From NCBI GenBank assembly GCA_034422455.1, contig DAOUJQ010000023.1, positions 108,290-172,289 of the forward strand: a DNA stretch of 64,000 nt. The letters are read 5' to 3'. This DNA comes from Dehalococcoidia bacterium. Lineage in GTDB: Bacteria > Chloroflexota > Dehalococcoidia > Lucifugimonadales > UBA1127. The notes beneath the pieces are model-generated. The model searched no databases and was not told the origin of the DNA. It saw only the letters and a program-made list of their open reading frames with translations. Below, in pieces: positions 39,869-50,183 of this stretch (its first letter is position 1; each line of letters opens with the position of its first letter). The translations under genes were made by a program, and so were the position numbers.

Positions 39869-40606
39869 ATGCAGACCAATGCCGTCGTCGAGGCGATCGA
39901 CCTCACCTTCAGCTACGGCGCCCTGCAGGTGTTGAACGGGCTTTCACTGACCGTGCGGGGTGGGGAAATCTTCGGCGTGCTGGGCGCCAACGGCTCCGGC
40001 AAGACTACGCTCATGCGCATGATGGTGGGGCTGCTCAGCGCCAACGGCGGATCACTGACCGTCCACGGAAATGCCCCCTCTGCCCGCCAGGCCTCGGACG
40101 TTGGCTACATGCCCCAGCTCAACGCCCTGTACCAGGAACTCTCCGTCAGGGAGAACGTCGACTTCTTCGCGCGGATGTACGGGATGTCCGACCGTCGGGT
40201 GCGCGGCCAGCAGGTGGAGGAAGCGATCGACCTGGTAGGGCTTTCCCCGCGAATCGCCGACACCATCCTCAGCCTGAGCGGCGGCATGCGGCAGCGCGTC
40301 AGCCTCGCCATTGCGCTGGTCCACCGCCCGGCGCTTCTGCTGCTCGACGAGCCGACCGTCGGTCTGGATCCCGACCTGCGAGCGGCGTTCTGGGAGCGGT
40401 TCAGGCAGATGGCCGAATCGGGAACGACCATCGTGGTCACCAGCCACACGATGGACGACGCCGCCCACTGCGACCGGCTGGCCTTTCTCAGGGACGGCAG
40501 AGTAATCGCCCTTGACACCCCTTCCGGGCTCCGCGCGGCAACCGGGCGCCCGGACGCGTCCCTAGAAGACGCATTCATGCACTTCCTGCGGGCCTCGGAC
40601 GAGTGA
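39869..40606 (+). CDS. ABC-2 exporter ATP-binding protein
   Basis: GANGSGKT, LSGGM and LLLLDEPTVG motifs. Confidence 0.93.
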   Translation: MQTNAVVEAIDLTFSYGALQVLNGLSLTVRGGEIFGVLGANGSGKTTLMRMMVGLLSANGGSLTVHGNAPSARQASDVGYMPQLNALYQELSVRENVDFFARMYGMSDRRVRGQQVEEAIDLVGLSPRIADTILSLSGGMRQRVSLAIALVHRPALLLLDEPTVGLDPDLRAAFWERFRQMAESGTTIVVTSHTMDDAAHCDRLAFLRDGRVIALDTPSGLRAATGRPDASLEDAFMHFLRASDE

Positions 40607-41334
40607 TGTCTACCGACCGCGTTCTGGCCATCACTGAGCGGATCATCCGTCAGATCTTGCGCGACCGGCGGTCCATCGGACTGCTCATCGTGGGCCCACT
40701 CATCGTCATGACCCTGGTCGGGTTCAGCCTCTACGAGCAGCGGGCCGTGCTTGACCGGGTGGCGCCCGGACTCCTCGCCGTGTTCGTGCTGTTCTTCACC
40801 TTCATCCTGACCGGCGTCGGCTTCCTCAGGGAGCGTGCGCAAGGGACCCTTGAGCGCCTCCAGACGACGCTGGTGGGGAGCTTCGACATCATGCTCGGCT
40901 ACATGCTGGGCTTCCTCATCTTCGCCATCGTCCAGACCGTCGTCATCTTCTCGTTCACGATCTTTGCCCTGGACATCGACTACCAGGGCAGCCTCTGGGA
41001 AATTGGCGTGGTGCTCTTCCTCGTGGTCGTTGTCGCCGTCAGCCTGGGCATCTTCATCTCCAGCTTTGCCAACAACGAGTTCCAGGTCGTCCAGTTCATC
41101 CCGGTTGTCCTGGCGCCGCAGATATTCTTGTCGGGCGTGATCATCCCCGTCGAGCAGATGCCCGAGGTCTTCGAGTGGCTTTCCGTCGTGCTGCCCCTGA
41201 CGTACGCCGTGGACGCCTTGCGGGAGATCATGTTGCGCGGCACGGACCTGTCTTCCTTGTGGCTGAACCTGGCTGTCCTGGCCGCCTTCTCCGGAGCGCT
41301 CCTGGCGGCGGCTGTCGCCTCTCTGCGGCGGTAG
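40606..41334 (+). CDS. ABC-2 type permease
   Basis: RERAQGTLERL, NNEFQVVQFIP and LPLTYAVDALR; about 6 TM segments. Confidence 0.92.
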   Translation: MSTDRVLAITERIIRQILRDRRSIGLLIVGPLIVMTLVGFSLYEQRAVLDRVAPGLLAVFVLFFTFILTGVGFLRERAQGTLERLQTTLVGSFDIMLGYMLGFLIFAIVQTVVIFSFTIFALDIDYQGSLWEIGVVLFLVVVVAVSLGIFISSFANNEFQVVQFIPVVLAPQIFLSGVIIPVEQMPEVFEWLSVVLPLTYAVDALREIMLRGTDLSSLWLNLAVLAAFSGALLAAAVASLRR

Positions 41335-41431
41335 CCGTTTGCACCCTGTTGTGTCGCAGTGTAAGCTCCCCGCGATGTTGCGCCCGATTGGCGGGGCGCC
41401 CGTCGAATCCTCTCGGTAAAGGTGACCCCAC

Positions 41432-42430
41432 ATGAAATTCGGGCTGTTTCTTGGCGCGGAGTTCCCCGCCCGCCGGTCGATGGAGGCGCGTATACATGCA
41501 CTCGTCGAGCAGGTTCGGCTGGCAAACTCGATGGGCTTCGACTGCGCACTGGCGGGCCAGCACTACCTGAGCTACCCCGTGCAGATCCTCCAGCCCACGC
41601 CACTGCTGGGCCGGCTGGCGGCCGAGGCCGGCGACATGCGCCTGGGGACGGGCATCGTCCTGCTCCCCCTTCAGCACCCCGTGGACATGGCGGAGCAGGT
41701 CGCCACGCTGGACCAGATCACGGGCGGCAAGTTCATCTTTGGCGCCGGCCTGGGGTACGAGCAGGAGGAATTCGAGGCTTTTGGCCTGCAGGTGTCGGAC
41801 CGCGCCGGGAGGTTCGAGGAATCGCTCGCAATCATGAAGGGCCTCTGGACGGAGGACGAGGTCCACTTTGAGGGGAAGCACTTCACGTTGCACGCCCGGC
41901 CATCAGCCTGGCCGGTCCAGAAACCCTACCCGCCGGTCTGGATCGCTGCCAACGGCCACGCCCCGGTCCGCCGCGCCGCACGGCTGGGCGACGTCTGGTT
42001 CGCCAACCCGCACGCCAAGTTTGAGACCCTGGCCGGGCAGATGGACATCTACGAGGCCGCCCTGTCCGAGTACGCCACACCGCGTCCCGACGAAGTGGTG
42101 GTCAGCCGCGAAGTGTTCGTAGCCAAAACGCACGACGAGGCCGTGCGCATCGCAAGGCCCGCGCTGCACGAGCGGTACCGGGTCTACGCACAACAGGGAC
42201 AGGACCTGCAGCTGCCGCCGGGAGACCGGTTTGAAAGCGGGTTCGATGACCTTGCGGCGGACCGCTTCGTGCTGGGCGATCCGGACGAGTGCATCGCGGA
42301 GATCAAGCGTTACGAGGCCCTCGGCTTCAACCGATTCATCCTCGACTACCACTGGCTCGACCTTGACGATGCCGAGGCGCTCGCCATGCTGAAGCTCTTC
42401 GGCGAGCAGGTGCTCCCGGCCTTCCGCTAG
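41432..42430 (+). CDS. LLM-class flavin-dependent oxidoreductase
   Basis: GQHY, PVDMAEQVATLDQITGGK and PVQKPYPPVW motifs. Confidence 0.92.
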   Translation: MKFGLFLGAEFPARRSMEARIHALVEQVRLANSMGFDCALAGQHYLSYPVQILQPTPLLGRLAAEAGDMRLGTGIVLLPLQHPVDMAEQVATLDQITGGKFIFGAGLGYEQEEFEAFGLQVSDRAGRFEESLAIMKGLWTEDEVHFEGKHFTLHARPSAWPVQKPYPPVWIAANGHAPVRRAARLGDVWFANPHAKFETLAGQMDIYEAALSEYATPRPDEVVVSREVFVAKTHDEAVRIARPALHERYRVYAQQGQDLQLPPGDRFESGFDDLAADRFVLGDPDECIAEIKRYEALGFNRFILDYHWLDLDDAEALAMLKLFGEQVLPAFR

Positions 42431-42452
42431 CCTCGCAAGCGCTGCCCGGCCC

Positions 42453-43586
42453 TCACCCGGCGTCGGTGAATCGCGGCATAACCTTCGTGGCAAACCTCTC
42501 TAGGTTCGCCAGGGTCTTCTTCAACGGAATCCCCATGTGCGTGAACTCGACAAGCAGGTATTCCAGGTTGCATACCTCTTGGAGTTCATGGATCTTCTCC
42601 ACCACGTTCTCGGGAGAGCCGACCAGCAGCGTGCGTGGCTCCAGGAAGTCCCAGTCCAGCTTGACATCAGGGTCGAGGACCTCGTCCGGGTTGGTGAAGA
42701 CCTGCCGCCCGCGAAAGGGGTCGTTGAAGATGAAGGCGGACATGATGCCCGCTTCCGCATCCCTGCGGGCCTCCTCCATTGAGGAGGCGACATAGGTGGA
42801 GCGCATGACCGCCTGGTCCTCCCCAATTCTGAAGGGTCTCCCCTCCAGCTCGGTCCTTACCTGCGCGTAGAGCTCCATGCGCTGCCTGATCCTGAGTGGC
42901 GGAGGCTGCCAATAGCAAGCCTTCAGCCCCATCTCCGCAGCGGTGGACACGGAACGGTCCGTAGAGACGGTCATCCACAGCGGCGGGTGCGGCTTCTGGT
43001 AGGGCTTCGGCGTCACTCGCAGCTTCGTCACCCGGTCCCCTTCCTGCCAAGTTGGGTCCGATGGATACAGCGGATGAGAGAAGACGGTGTCATCTGCGGG
43101 GAAGGTGTAGTTGTTCCCCTGGTGCGAAAAATACTCGTCGGTCCATATCTTCCGCACGATCTCCACAGTTTCTCGGAACAGCTCCCTGTTCTCGCTGTCC
43201 TTGCGAGGGTCTGCATTGGTGTGAAACTGTGGGCCCTCATACGGCCAGATTCCCCTGCCGAAGCCGACCTCCACGCGGCCGCGGGTCATGTTGTCCAGGA
43301 TGGCGATGTCTTCAGCGAGCCGTATCGGATGCCAGTGCGGTGCGATGTTCGCCATCTGTCCGATGCGAATCGTCGACGTCCGCGCTGCAAGGTCAGCGCC
43401 GAGGAGGATAGGGTTGGGCAAGTCGCCCGCCCTGTACGGACCAAAGTGGTGCTCCCCGAGCCACATGGCCTCGAAGCCGAGCTCCTCTGCCAGCACGGTC
43501 TGCTGCCTGAGGTTGTCGATGAACTGCTCCGGGCTGATTGCCTCACCCGCGGAAGCCGCCACGGTCGTGAACGCCCCAAATCTCAT
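42453..43586 (-). CDS. LLM-class flavin-dependent oxidoreductase
   Basis: WLGEHHF, HPIRLAEDIAILDNMTRGRVEVGFGRG and PYQKPHPPLW motifs. Confidence 0.92.
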   Translation of the reverse strand: MRFGAFTTVAASAGEAISPEQFIDNLRQQTVLAEELGFEAMWLGEHHFGPYRAGDLPNPILLGADLAARTSTIRIGQMANIAPHWHPIRLAEDIAILDNMTRGRVEVGFGRGIWPYEGPQFHTNADPRKDSENRELFRETVEIVRKIWTDEYFSHQGNNYTFPADDTVFSHPLYPSDPTWQEGDRVTKLRVTPKPYQKPHPPLWMTVSTDRSVSTAAEMGLKACYWQPPPLRIRQRMELYAQVRTELEGRPFRIGEDQAVMRSTYVASSMEEARRDAEAGIMSAFIFNDPFRGRQVFTNPDEVLDPDVKLDWDFLEPRTLLVGSPENVVEKIHELQEVCNLEYLLVEFTHMGIPLKKTLANLERFATKVMPRFTDAG

Positions 43587-43692
43587 GGCTGGAGTCTCCC
43601 TCCGACCAGCCCCCGGTCCGGTGGGCACAGCTTTGCGCCCCGTATGGGGTGGTGGTACACTTGCGGGCCAGCTTACAGCAAGGAGTGGGGCC

Positions 43693-44745
43693 ATGCCATC
43701 GGGCCGGAACAGGGGTCTCGTCCAGACCGTGCTGGGAACGGTGCCTCCGTCCGAACTGGGGCCTACGATGACCCATGAACACCTCTACATAGACTTCAGG
43801 TTCATGTACCGCCCCGCGCAGGACACACCGCGCGATGACATGGCGGACGCGCCCATTGCCCTGGAGAACCTGGGGTGGATCCGGCGCAACTATTACAGCA
43901 ACCGCATCAACCTCGACCTGCTGGACCTGGACACCACCATCAGCGAAGTCAAGAAGTTCGGCGACGTGGGCGGCGGCACGATGGTGGACGCGACCTCCAT
44001 CGGCATCGGCCGCAACCCCGAGGCGCTGGCCCACATTTCCCGGGAGTCTGGCGTCCACGTCATCATGGGCGCCGGCCACTACGTCGCCGCCGTCCACCCG
44101 GACGACATGGATGACCGGACGGAGGAGGACATAGCGCTGGAGATCGTCGGCGACATTGTCGACGGTGTTGGAGACAGCGGCGTCAAGGCGGGCATCATCG
44201 GGGAGATTGGGTGCACCTGGCCGCTGGCCCCGAACGAGCGCAAGTCGCTGACAGGGGCGGCCATCGCGCAGCAGGAAACGGGCTCGGCGCTGTTGATACA
44301 CCCCGGCAGGAACCCGGACGCGCCCCTGGAGATCCTGGACGTGCTTGCGAAGGGAGCAGCCGACCTGTCCCGCGTGATCATGAGCCACTTGGACCGGACG
44401 GTGTTTGATGTCGACGAGCTCTTGGGCATCGCCGCCTCCGGCTGTTACCTGGAGTGGGACCTATTCGGTAATGAGGGGTCGTACTACCCCCTCGCCGAGA
44501 TCGACATGCCCAGCGACGCCCAGCGGATCGGCTTCCTCAGCCGAATGGCAGACGCGGGCTACGCCGACAAGATCGTCATCGCCCAGGACATCTGCACCAA
44601 GCACAGGCTCACCAAATATGGCGGGCACGGTTACGGCCATATCTTGGAGAACATCGTGCCCAGGATGCGGCGCAAGGGGTTTTCGGAAGAGTTGATTCAC
44701 GCCATTACGGTGGACAACCCGGCCCGGATTCTCGCGTTCGTGTAG
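43693..44745 (+). CDS. Phosphotriesterase-related (PHP/PTER) amidohydrolase
   Basis: THEHL, IIGEIG, IHPG, MSHLDR and AQDIC metal ligands. Confidence 0.92.
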   Translation: MPSGRNRGLVQTVLGTVPPSELGPTMTHEHLYIDFRFMYRPAQDTPRDDMADAPIALENLGWIRRNYYSNRINLDLLDLDTTISEVKKFGDVGGGTMVDATSIGIGRNPEALAHISRESGVHVIMGAGHYVAAVHPDDMDDRTEEDIALEIVGDIVDGVGDSGVKAGIIGEIGCTWPLAPNERKSLTGAAIAQQETGSALLIHPGRNPDAPLEILDVLAKGAADLSRVIMSHLDRTVFDVDELLGIAASGCYLEWDLFGNEGSYYPLAEIDMPSDAQRIGFLSRMADAGYADKIVIAQDICTKHRLTKYGGHGYGHILENIVPRMRRKGFSEELIHAITVDNPARILAFV

Positions 44746-44830
44746 GGCTGGCCCCGCCGTTCTGCGGTAGAATGCGCCGTGTCGCGGCCGAACGCCCGGG
44801 TTGAGGCGCCTGCGACCCTGAGGGAAAAGA

Positions 44831-45982
44831 ATGCCGGACTCCCTGCCGACAAGCGTCCAGACTAACGCTCCACGTGTGGGCGACCCCGTGTTCGAGCGCA
44901 TCGTCGCGCGCATCTCCGGCGCCGCGGACGAGATCGAACGGCAGCGCCGGATCCCGGCGGACATCTCGGACGAGATGATCGACGAGGGGCTGTACCGGCT
45001 GCTGGTGCCCCGCTCCCTTGGTGGCGGGGAGGTGGACTATCTCGACTACTTGGCGATGGTGCGGGCCATCGCGGCTGCGGACGGCAGCACAGCGTGGTGT
45101 TTCAACCAGAACAACATCCTGGGGACCATGGCCTCCCTCATGCCAAGGCATCTGGCGGAGGAGATCTGGAGCGACCCGCGCTCGGTGCTCTGCAACGGCC
45201 CGCCCGAGTTCGCGGACGTTACGCCCGTCGATGGCGGCTACAGGCTCAGCGGCCGGTGGCGATTCAGCAGCGGGTCGCCTCAGGGGTCGTGGGCGGTCGC
45301 GATCAGCCGTGTGGCCGATGCCAACACCATGACGTTCATCATCCCAAAGGACCAGGTGACCTTCGTCGACACGTGGCAGGTGAAAGGCCTTCAGGGAACA
45401 GGCAGCTTCAGCTTTGAGGCGAAGGACCTCTTCGTGCCGGAGAGCCGGAGCTACGTGGAGTCCCGCACGCCCAATGAGCGTGGTCCCCTGTATCTCATCC
45501 CCCGCGGCCTGTTCTTCGGGTCCGGCTTCGGCTCCGTCGCGCTGGGCGTTGCCCGTGCGAGCCTCGACGCGGCGAAGGAGGTCGCCCAGCGAAAGACTCC
45601 GCAGGAGCAGGCGCTGCTCCGCGACCAGCCCGCCGTGCAGGGCGACATCGGCCGCGCCGAGGCCCTGTGGGGGGCGGCGTCCGCCTTTCTGTGGGAGAAG
45701 GCCGCGCAGCTCTGGCGCAGCGCGGTCGATAGCGGCGCCGTTTCCATGGACGAGCGCGTGGAACTGCGGCTGGCCAGCACCCACGCCATCCGGCAGGCGG
45801 CCGAGGTCGTGGACATCGCCTACGGTGTTTTCGGCGCAACCGCAATCTTCGAGTCGAGTCCGGTGCAACGTCGATTCCAGGACGCCCACGCCATCACCCA
45901 GCAGATCCAGGGCCGCATGGAGCACTATCAGACTGTGGGACAGCACTTCCTCGGCATGGAGCCCCAGGCACGTCTGATTTGA
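44831..45982 (+). CDS. Acyl-CoA-dehydrogenase-fold flavin-dependent monooxygenase (HsaA/IacA-like)
   Basis: ADGSTAWC, WRFSSGS, DTWQVKGLQGTGS and QRRFQDAHA motifs. Confidence 0.88.
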   Translation: MPDSLPTSVQTNAPRVGDPVFERIVARISGAADEIERQRRIPADISDEMIDEGLYRLLVPRSLGGGEVDYLDYLAMVRAIAAADGSTAWCFNQNNILGTMASLMPRHLAEEIWSDPRSVLCNGPPEFADVTPVDGGYRLSGRWRFSSGSPQGSWAVAISRVADANTMTFIIPKDQVTFVDTWQVKGLQGTGSFSFEAKDLFVPESRSYVESRTPNERGPLYLIPRGLFFGSGFGSVALGVARASLDAAKEVAQRKTPQEQALLRDQPAVQGDIGRAEALWGAASAFLWEKAAQLWRSAVDSGAVSMDERVELRLASTHAIRQAAEVVDIAYGVFGATAIFESSPVQRRFQDAHAITQQIQGRMEHYQTVGQHFLGMEPQARLI

Positions 45983-46190
45983 CCGCTTCCCGCGACTGTC
46001 CGTCTCCAATTGTCGTGCGCTTCACTGGACCTGGCGGATACCCGCGTAGCTGATGCTAAACGCGCGCTTCCGGAGGCTGCCCGCGTCCCGCAAGTCGGGT
46101 CAGGATGAAGAGGGCATCTTTTGCATTGGGCAATGAACATGACGTGGACACGACCGCACACGTGCCGGCGCGAGCTTCGGGGCTAGGACG

Positions 46191-48110
46191 ATGATCGTTG
46201 GCCTCCGGATCCGCAACATCATTGACATAGTATTCGTGGCCCTCGCCTTTGCCGTCGGGCTGCAACTGCTCCGTGTGTTTGTCACAGGGCTGGTCTTCTA
46301 CCTCAGAGAGGTCCGCGAGTTCGACAGCATGGCAGTGGGCGGCGTCGCATTTGGGGTGTTCGGCACCGCGTTCCTTGCTCCCCTGGCGCTGCGGACGCTG
46401 GGGCCGCGCAGTTTCCTGTTGGCGGCGCTGGCCGTCATGGGCGTCGCGCGACTGGCCGAGCAGAGCGTGACCGTCCCGTCCATCGACCTCATCATTTCCG
46501 GCGTGGGTGTCGCCGCCTTCCTGCCCGTGGTCCCTCTGGCGATGGCGATGCTCGATACCAACTCCACGACCGGCCGGTCGCTGTGGCGGATCGGGCTGCT
46601 GTTCGGCTTGGCGCTCGATACGGCCATCAAGGGCGGGCTCGGCACCGTGGACGCCTCCTGGCAGGCCGGCGCGTGGGTAGGCCTCATCGGCGTTGGCGTG
46701 GCCCTCGCCCTACTGGCGCTGACCCACCGCGAGATCCTCCGGCACTCGGCGGAAGTCCACGTTCTCCCAACGGCCCGGTCGGCCCTGCCGCTTCTCGCCG
46801 TCGGTCCCTTCCTGTTCCTGGAGTTGCTGCTCTTTCAGAACGTGGCCCAGCAGACGGCGCTCATCGAGTGGAGCCAACCCGCAGTCCTCGCATGGATTCT
46901 CCTGGCCAACGTCATCGGCATTGCAGTGGCAGTCCTCGTGACGGGACGCCACATCCCGTGGCCTGTCATCGTCGCGGCGGGGTTGTTGCTCGCGGCGGCC
47001 GTGGGTGCCGAGCGCGGCGGGTGGCAGGCTGCCGGGAGTCTGCTGGCGGGGCATCTCCTCGCGGTGACGCTGCTGTCCAGGGCCATCGACGGCAGGCCGA
47101 TGCCGGCCGATGCGTGGGGCCTGAGCGCCCTCTGGACCGGGGCGGTTGGACTGTTGCTCTTTCTTGGCCTTTCCTTCCTCTACTATTCCGGTTATGACCT
47201 CGACCTGGGCATAGAGCGGTCGTATCTCCCGCTCGCTGCTGTCGCGCTGATTGGCGTGCCGGTGTTGGCGGCATGGCGCACACAGGCGCCGGCCTTGGAG
47301 TGGAATCCCCTGGCCATAGCCTTGCCGCTTATCCTGTTCGTCTCCCCGCTTGCCCTGCTTATAGCCTGGTCGCCACAGCATTCGGGAGGCCTGGAGGGGC
47401 ATCCGCTCCGCGTCATGAGCTACAACATCCACCAGGGCTTTGGCACGGACGGGAGCCTGAGCATGGAGGCGTTGGCGCTGGCCATAGAGGCGGAATCCCC
47501 GGACATCATCGCGCTGCAGGAGGTCTCGCGGGGCTGGATGATCAACGGGTCAGTCGACACGCTGGAGTGGCTCTCCCAGCGACTCGACATGCCCTACGTC
47601 TGGGGTCCCGCCGCCGATTCCACCTGGGGCAATGCGGTACTCACCCGCCTGCCGGTTACGGGCGTGGAGCACCACCAGATGCCCAATAACGATGAGCTTC
47701 TCATGGACCGGGGTTTCCTTTGGATGGAATTGGACACCGGGCAGGGCACCCGGCTGCGAGTAATCGCGACCCACTTCCACCACCCCACGAACGAGGGGCA
47801 TCTTCGCCTGCCCCAGTCCTTTGCTGTGTTGAAACGGTGGAACGGTGAGCCACGGACGGTCCTCATCGGTGACTTCAACGGTCTGCCGGGTTCGCCGGAA
47901 ATAGAGGCCTTGACCCAGGCGGGGTTCAAGGACGCCTTTGTGGAAGCCGGGGTGCCTGGCCCCGGGTTCACCTTTGCGTCCGACGACCTGTATGAGCGAA
48001 TCGACTACGTCTTTGTGACCCCGGACCTGACCGCGCGAGACTACTCGGCGCGGGTCACCCAGGCGTCCGACCACCTACCCGTCGCCGTGACCGTGGACGT
48101 CGCGCCGTAG
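46191..48110 (+). CDS. Polytopic membrane protein with C-terminal endonuclease/exonuclease/phosphatase domain
   Basis: About a dozen or more hydrophobic segments followed by SYNIH, LQEV, WGNAVL, GDFN, IDY and SDH. Confidence 0.85.
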   Translation: MIVGLRIRNIIDIVFVALAFAVGLQLLRVFVTGLVFYLREVREFDSMAVGGVAFGVFGTAFLAPLALRTLGPRSFLLAALAVMGVARLAEQSVTVPSIDLIISGVGVAAFLPVVPLAMAMLDTNSTTGRSLWRIGLLFGLALDTAIKGGLGTVDASWQAGAWVGLIGVGVALALLALTHREILRHSAEVHVLPTARSALPLLAVGPFLFLELLLFQNVAQQTALIEWSQPAVLAWILLANVIGIAVAVLVTGRHIPWPVIVAAGLLLAAAVGAERGGWQAAGSLLAGHLLAVTLLSRAIDGRPMPADAWGLSALWTGAVGLLLFLGLSFLYYSGYDLDLGIERSYLPLAAVALIGVPVLAAWRTQAPALEWNPLAIALPLILFVSPLALLIAWSPQHSGGLEGHPLRVMSYNIHQGFGTDGSLSMEALALAIEAESPDIIALQEVSRGWMINGSVDTLEWLSQRLDMPYVWGPAADSTWGNAVLTRLPVTGVEHHQMPNNDELLMDRGFLWMELDTGQGTRLRVIATHFHHPTNEGHLRLPQSFAVLKRWNGEPRTVLIGDFNGLPGSPEIEALTQAGFKDAFVEAGVPGPGFTFASDDLYERIDYVFVTPDLTARDYSARVTQASDHLPVAVTVDVAP

Positions 48111-48123
48111 CTCCGGGACCGCA

Positions 48124-48561
48124 TCACCAGAATGAGGCGCACGTCCATTCGCTCGTCACCAGCACCGCGTACTGGTCGAAGAGGCCTTTGTACGCCTGCG
48201 CGACCTCCGCGACCTTCCCCGGCGTCTCCCCATCGTCCTGCGCCAGGATGACGAGCACCTTGGAACGCTCCCGTTCGACCACCCCCGACGCGTCCTGCCA
48301 TTGACCGTGCCCGTCGAGCACCGTGAGGCCCGCCGGGAACTTCGGCGTCACGATGTCCCGGACAAACACGTCCCAGGTCTGGTCATCGACCACCTCCTCG
48401 CCGCCGCTGTTGCGGCCCATGAAGAGGCGGTACTCCACGACCCGCTGCGTACCCTCCGGGCACGTGGTCGCATCGATGGCCTCCTCCGCCCCGGAACCCG
48501 AACAAGCCGCCCCGACGAGGGAGACGGCAATGGCGGCGAAGAGTATCGCGAGGCGGGGCAC
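48124..48561 (-). CDS. DUF3574-family lipoprotein
   Basis: RLFMGRN, W..FVRDIVTPKFPAGLTVLDG.GQW, ERERSKV; lipobox GAAC. Confidence 0.85.
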   Translation of the reverse strand: MPRLAILFAAIAVSLVGAACSGSGAEEAIDATTCPEGTQRVVEYRLFMGRNSGGEEVVDDQTWDVFVRDIVTPKFPAGLTVLDGHGQWQDASGVVERERSKVLVILAQDDGETPGKVAEVAQAYKGLFDQYAVLVTSEWTCASFW

Positions 48562-48740
48562 GGCTGGCCTCCGTCAGGGCGCTGGATGGCGCGACGGGAA
48601 GTTGTCGCACCTTGGGTCAGCGCCATTGTACGCACGGGATGCCCCCAAGCGCCACGCTCCTCGTCCTTCCCCGCGCCCGTGCTCCCCTGCTATCCTGTGT
48701 CCATTCTTGCCCGCGGGTCTTTCGCCGGCTTGGAGGCCCC

Positions 48741-50183
48741 TTGTCCATCGGCACGCTGGTCCGTGAACTGCAGCAGGCCGTCGGCAGCCGCTATGTGCTG
48801 TCGCGACCGGAGGAGCTGCTGGTCTACGAGTACGACGGCGCAGTGGAGCGCGCGCTGCCGAACGTCGTGGCCGTGCCCGGTACTGCGGAACAGGCCGCGA
48901 GGGTGGTGTCGATTGCGCGGCGGCACGGCGTGCCGGTGGTGCCGCGGGGCGCGGGCACGGGCCTCAGCGGCGGGGCGATTGCCATTCGCGGCGGGGTTCT
49001 CATGCCGATGACCCGCCTCAACCGCGTGCTGGAGATCAACCCCGAGGAGCGCATGGCCGTCGTGGAGCCGGGCGTCGTGAACATCGACATCTCCAAGGCG
49101 GCCGCACCCTACGGGCTGCGCTACGCGCCGGACCCGTCCAGCCAGAAGGCGTGCACCATCGGCGGCAACGTCGCGGAGAACGCCGGCGGGCCCCACTGCC
49201 TCGCCTACGGCGTCACCACCAACCACGTCATGGGCATGGAGGTGGCGCTCGCGGACGGCGCCCTCGTCTGGGTGGGCGGCCGTCAGCACGAGCTGCCCGG
49301 CTACGACCTGCGCGGCGTGCTCATCGGCTCGGAGGGCACCCTCGCCGTGACGACGAAGGTGGCCGTCCGCCTGCAGCCCGTGCCGGAGGCGGTCACCACC
49401 ATGCTGGCGATCTTCCAGGACGAGGACAACGCCAGCGCCGCCGTGTCGGCCATCGTCGCCGCCGGCATCGTGCCCGCCGCCATCGAGATGATGGACCGGC
49501 TCACCATCCAGGCTGTGGAGCCCGCCATTCACGCCGGCTACCCCCCGGACGCCGCCGCGGTGCTGTTGGTCGAGGTGGAGGGCCTCCGGGAGCCCGTCGA
49601 GGAGGAGGCCCTCGAGGTGCAGGAGGTCTGCTACCGCCATCACGCCACGGAGGTGCGCGTCGCGGAGGACCCCACGCTGCGCGAGCGGCTGTGGGCCGGG
49701 CGCAAGACCGCGCTGGGCGCCCTTGGGCGGCTGGCCCCCAACTACTACCTGCTGGACGGCGTCGTCCCGCGGACCAGGATCATGGAGGCCCTGCGGCGCA
49801 TCCGGGAGATCTCCGGCGAGTACAGCCTCCCCATCGCCAACGTGTTTCACGCGGGCGATGGCAACCTTCACCCCTGCATCCTCTTCGACGAGCGGGTGGG
49901 CGACCAGCTGCGCCGCTCCAAGGAGGCCGGCGCCGCCGTCCTGCGCACCTGCATCGACCTGGGCGGAGCCCTCTCCGGCGAGCACGGCGTCGGTCTTGAG
50001 AAGCAGGAGTACATGGACCTCAGCTTCACCGAGGCCGATATGGACGCCATGGCACGCCTGAACCCGGCATTCGGCGCGGGCGACACCTTCAACCCCGGCA
50101 AGATCTTCCCCACGGGCGCTTCCTGCGTGGAGCTCCTGCAACACCCGGCCATCGCCCGGCTTGGAGTCGACGCCTTTGTCTAG
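48741..50183 (+). CDS. glcD: Glycolate oxidase subunit GlcD (FAD-linked oxidase)
   Basis: RGAGTGLSGG, PDPSSQKACTIGGNVAENAGG, HAGDGNLHP and GEHGVG motifs. Confidence 0.92.
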   Translation: MSIGTLVRELQQAVGSRYVLSRPEELLVYEYDGAVERALPNVVAVPGTAEQAARVVSIARRHGVPVVPRGAGTGLSGGAIAIRGGVLMPMTRLNRVLEINPEERMAVVEPGVVNIDISKAAAPYGLRYAPDPSSQKACTIGGNVAENAGGPHCLAYGVTTNHVMGMEVALADGALVWVGGRQHELPGYDLRGVLIGSEGTLAVTTKVAVRLQPVPEAVTTMLAIFQDEDNASAAVSAIVAAGIVPAAIEMMDRLTIQAVEPAIHAGYPPDAAAVLLVEVEGLREPVEEEALEVQEVCYRHHATEVRVAEDPTLRERLWAGRKTALGALGRLAPNYYLLDGVVPRTRIMEALRRIREISGEYSLPIANVFHAGDGNLHPCILFDERVGDQLRRSKEAGAAVLRTCIDLGGALSGEHGVGLEKQEYMDLSFTEADMDAMARLNPAFGAGDTFNPGKIFPTGASCVELLQHPAIARLGVDAFV

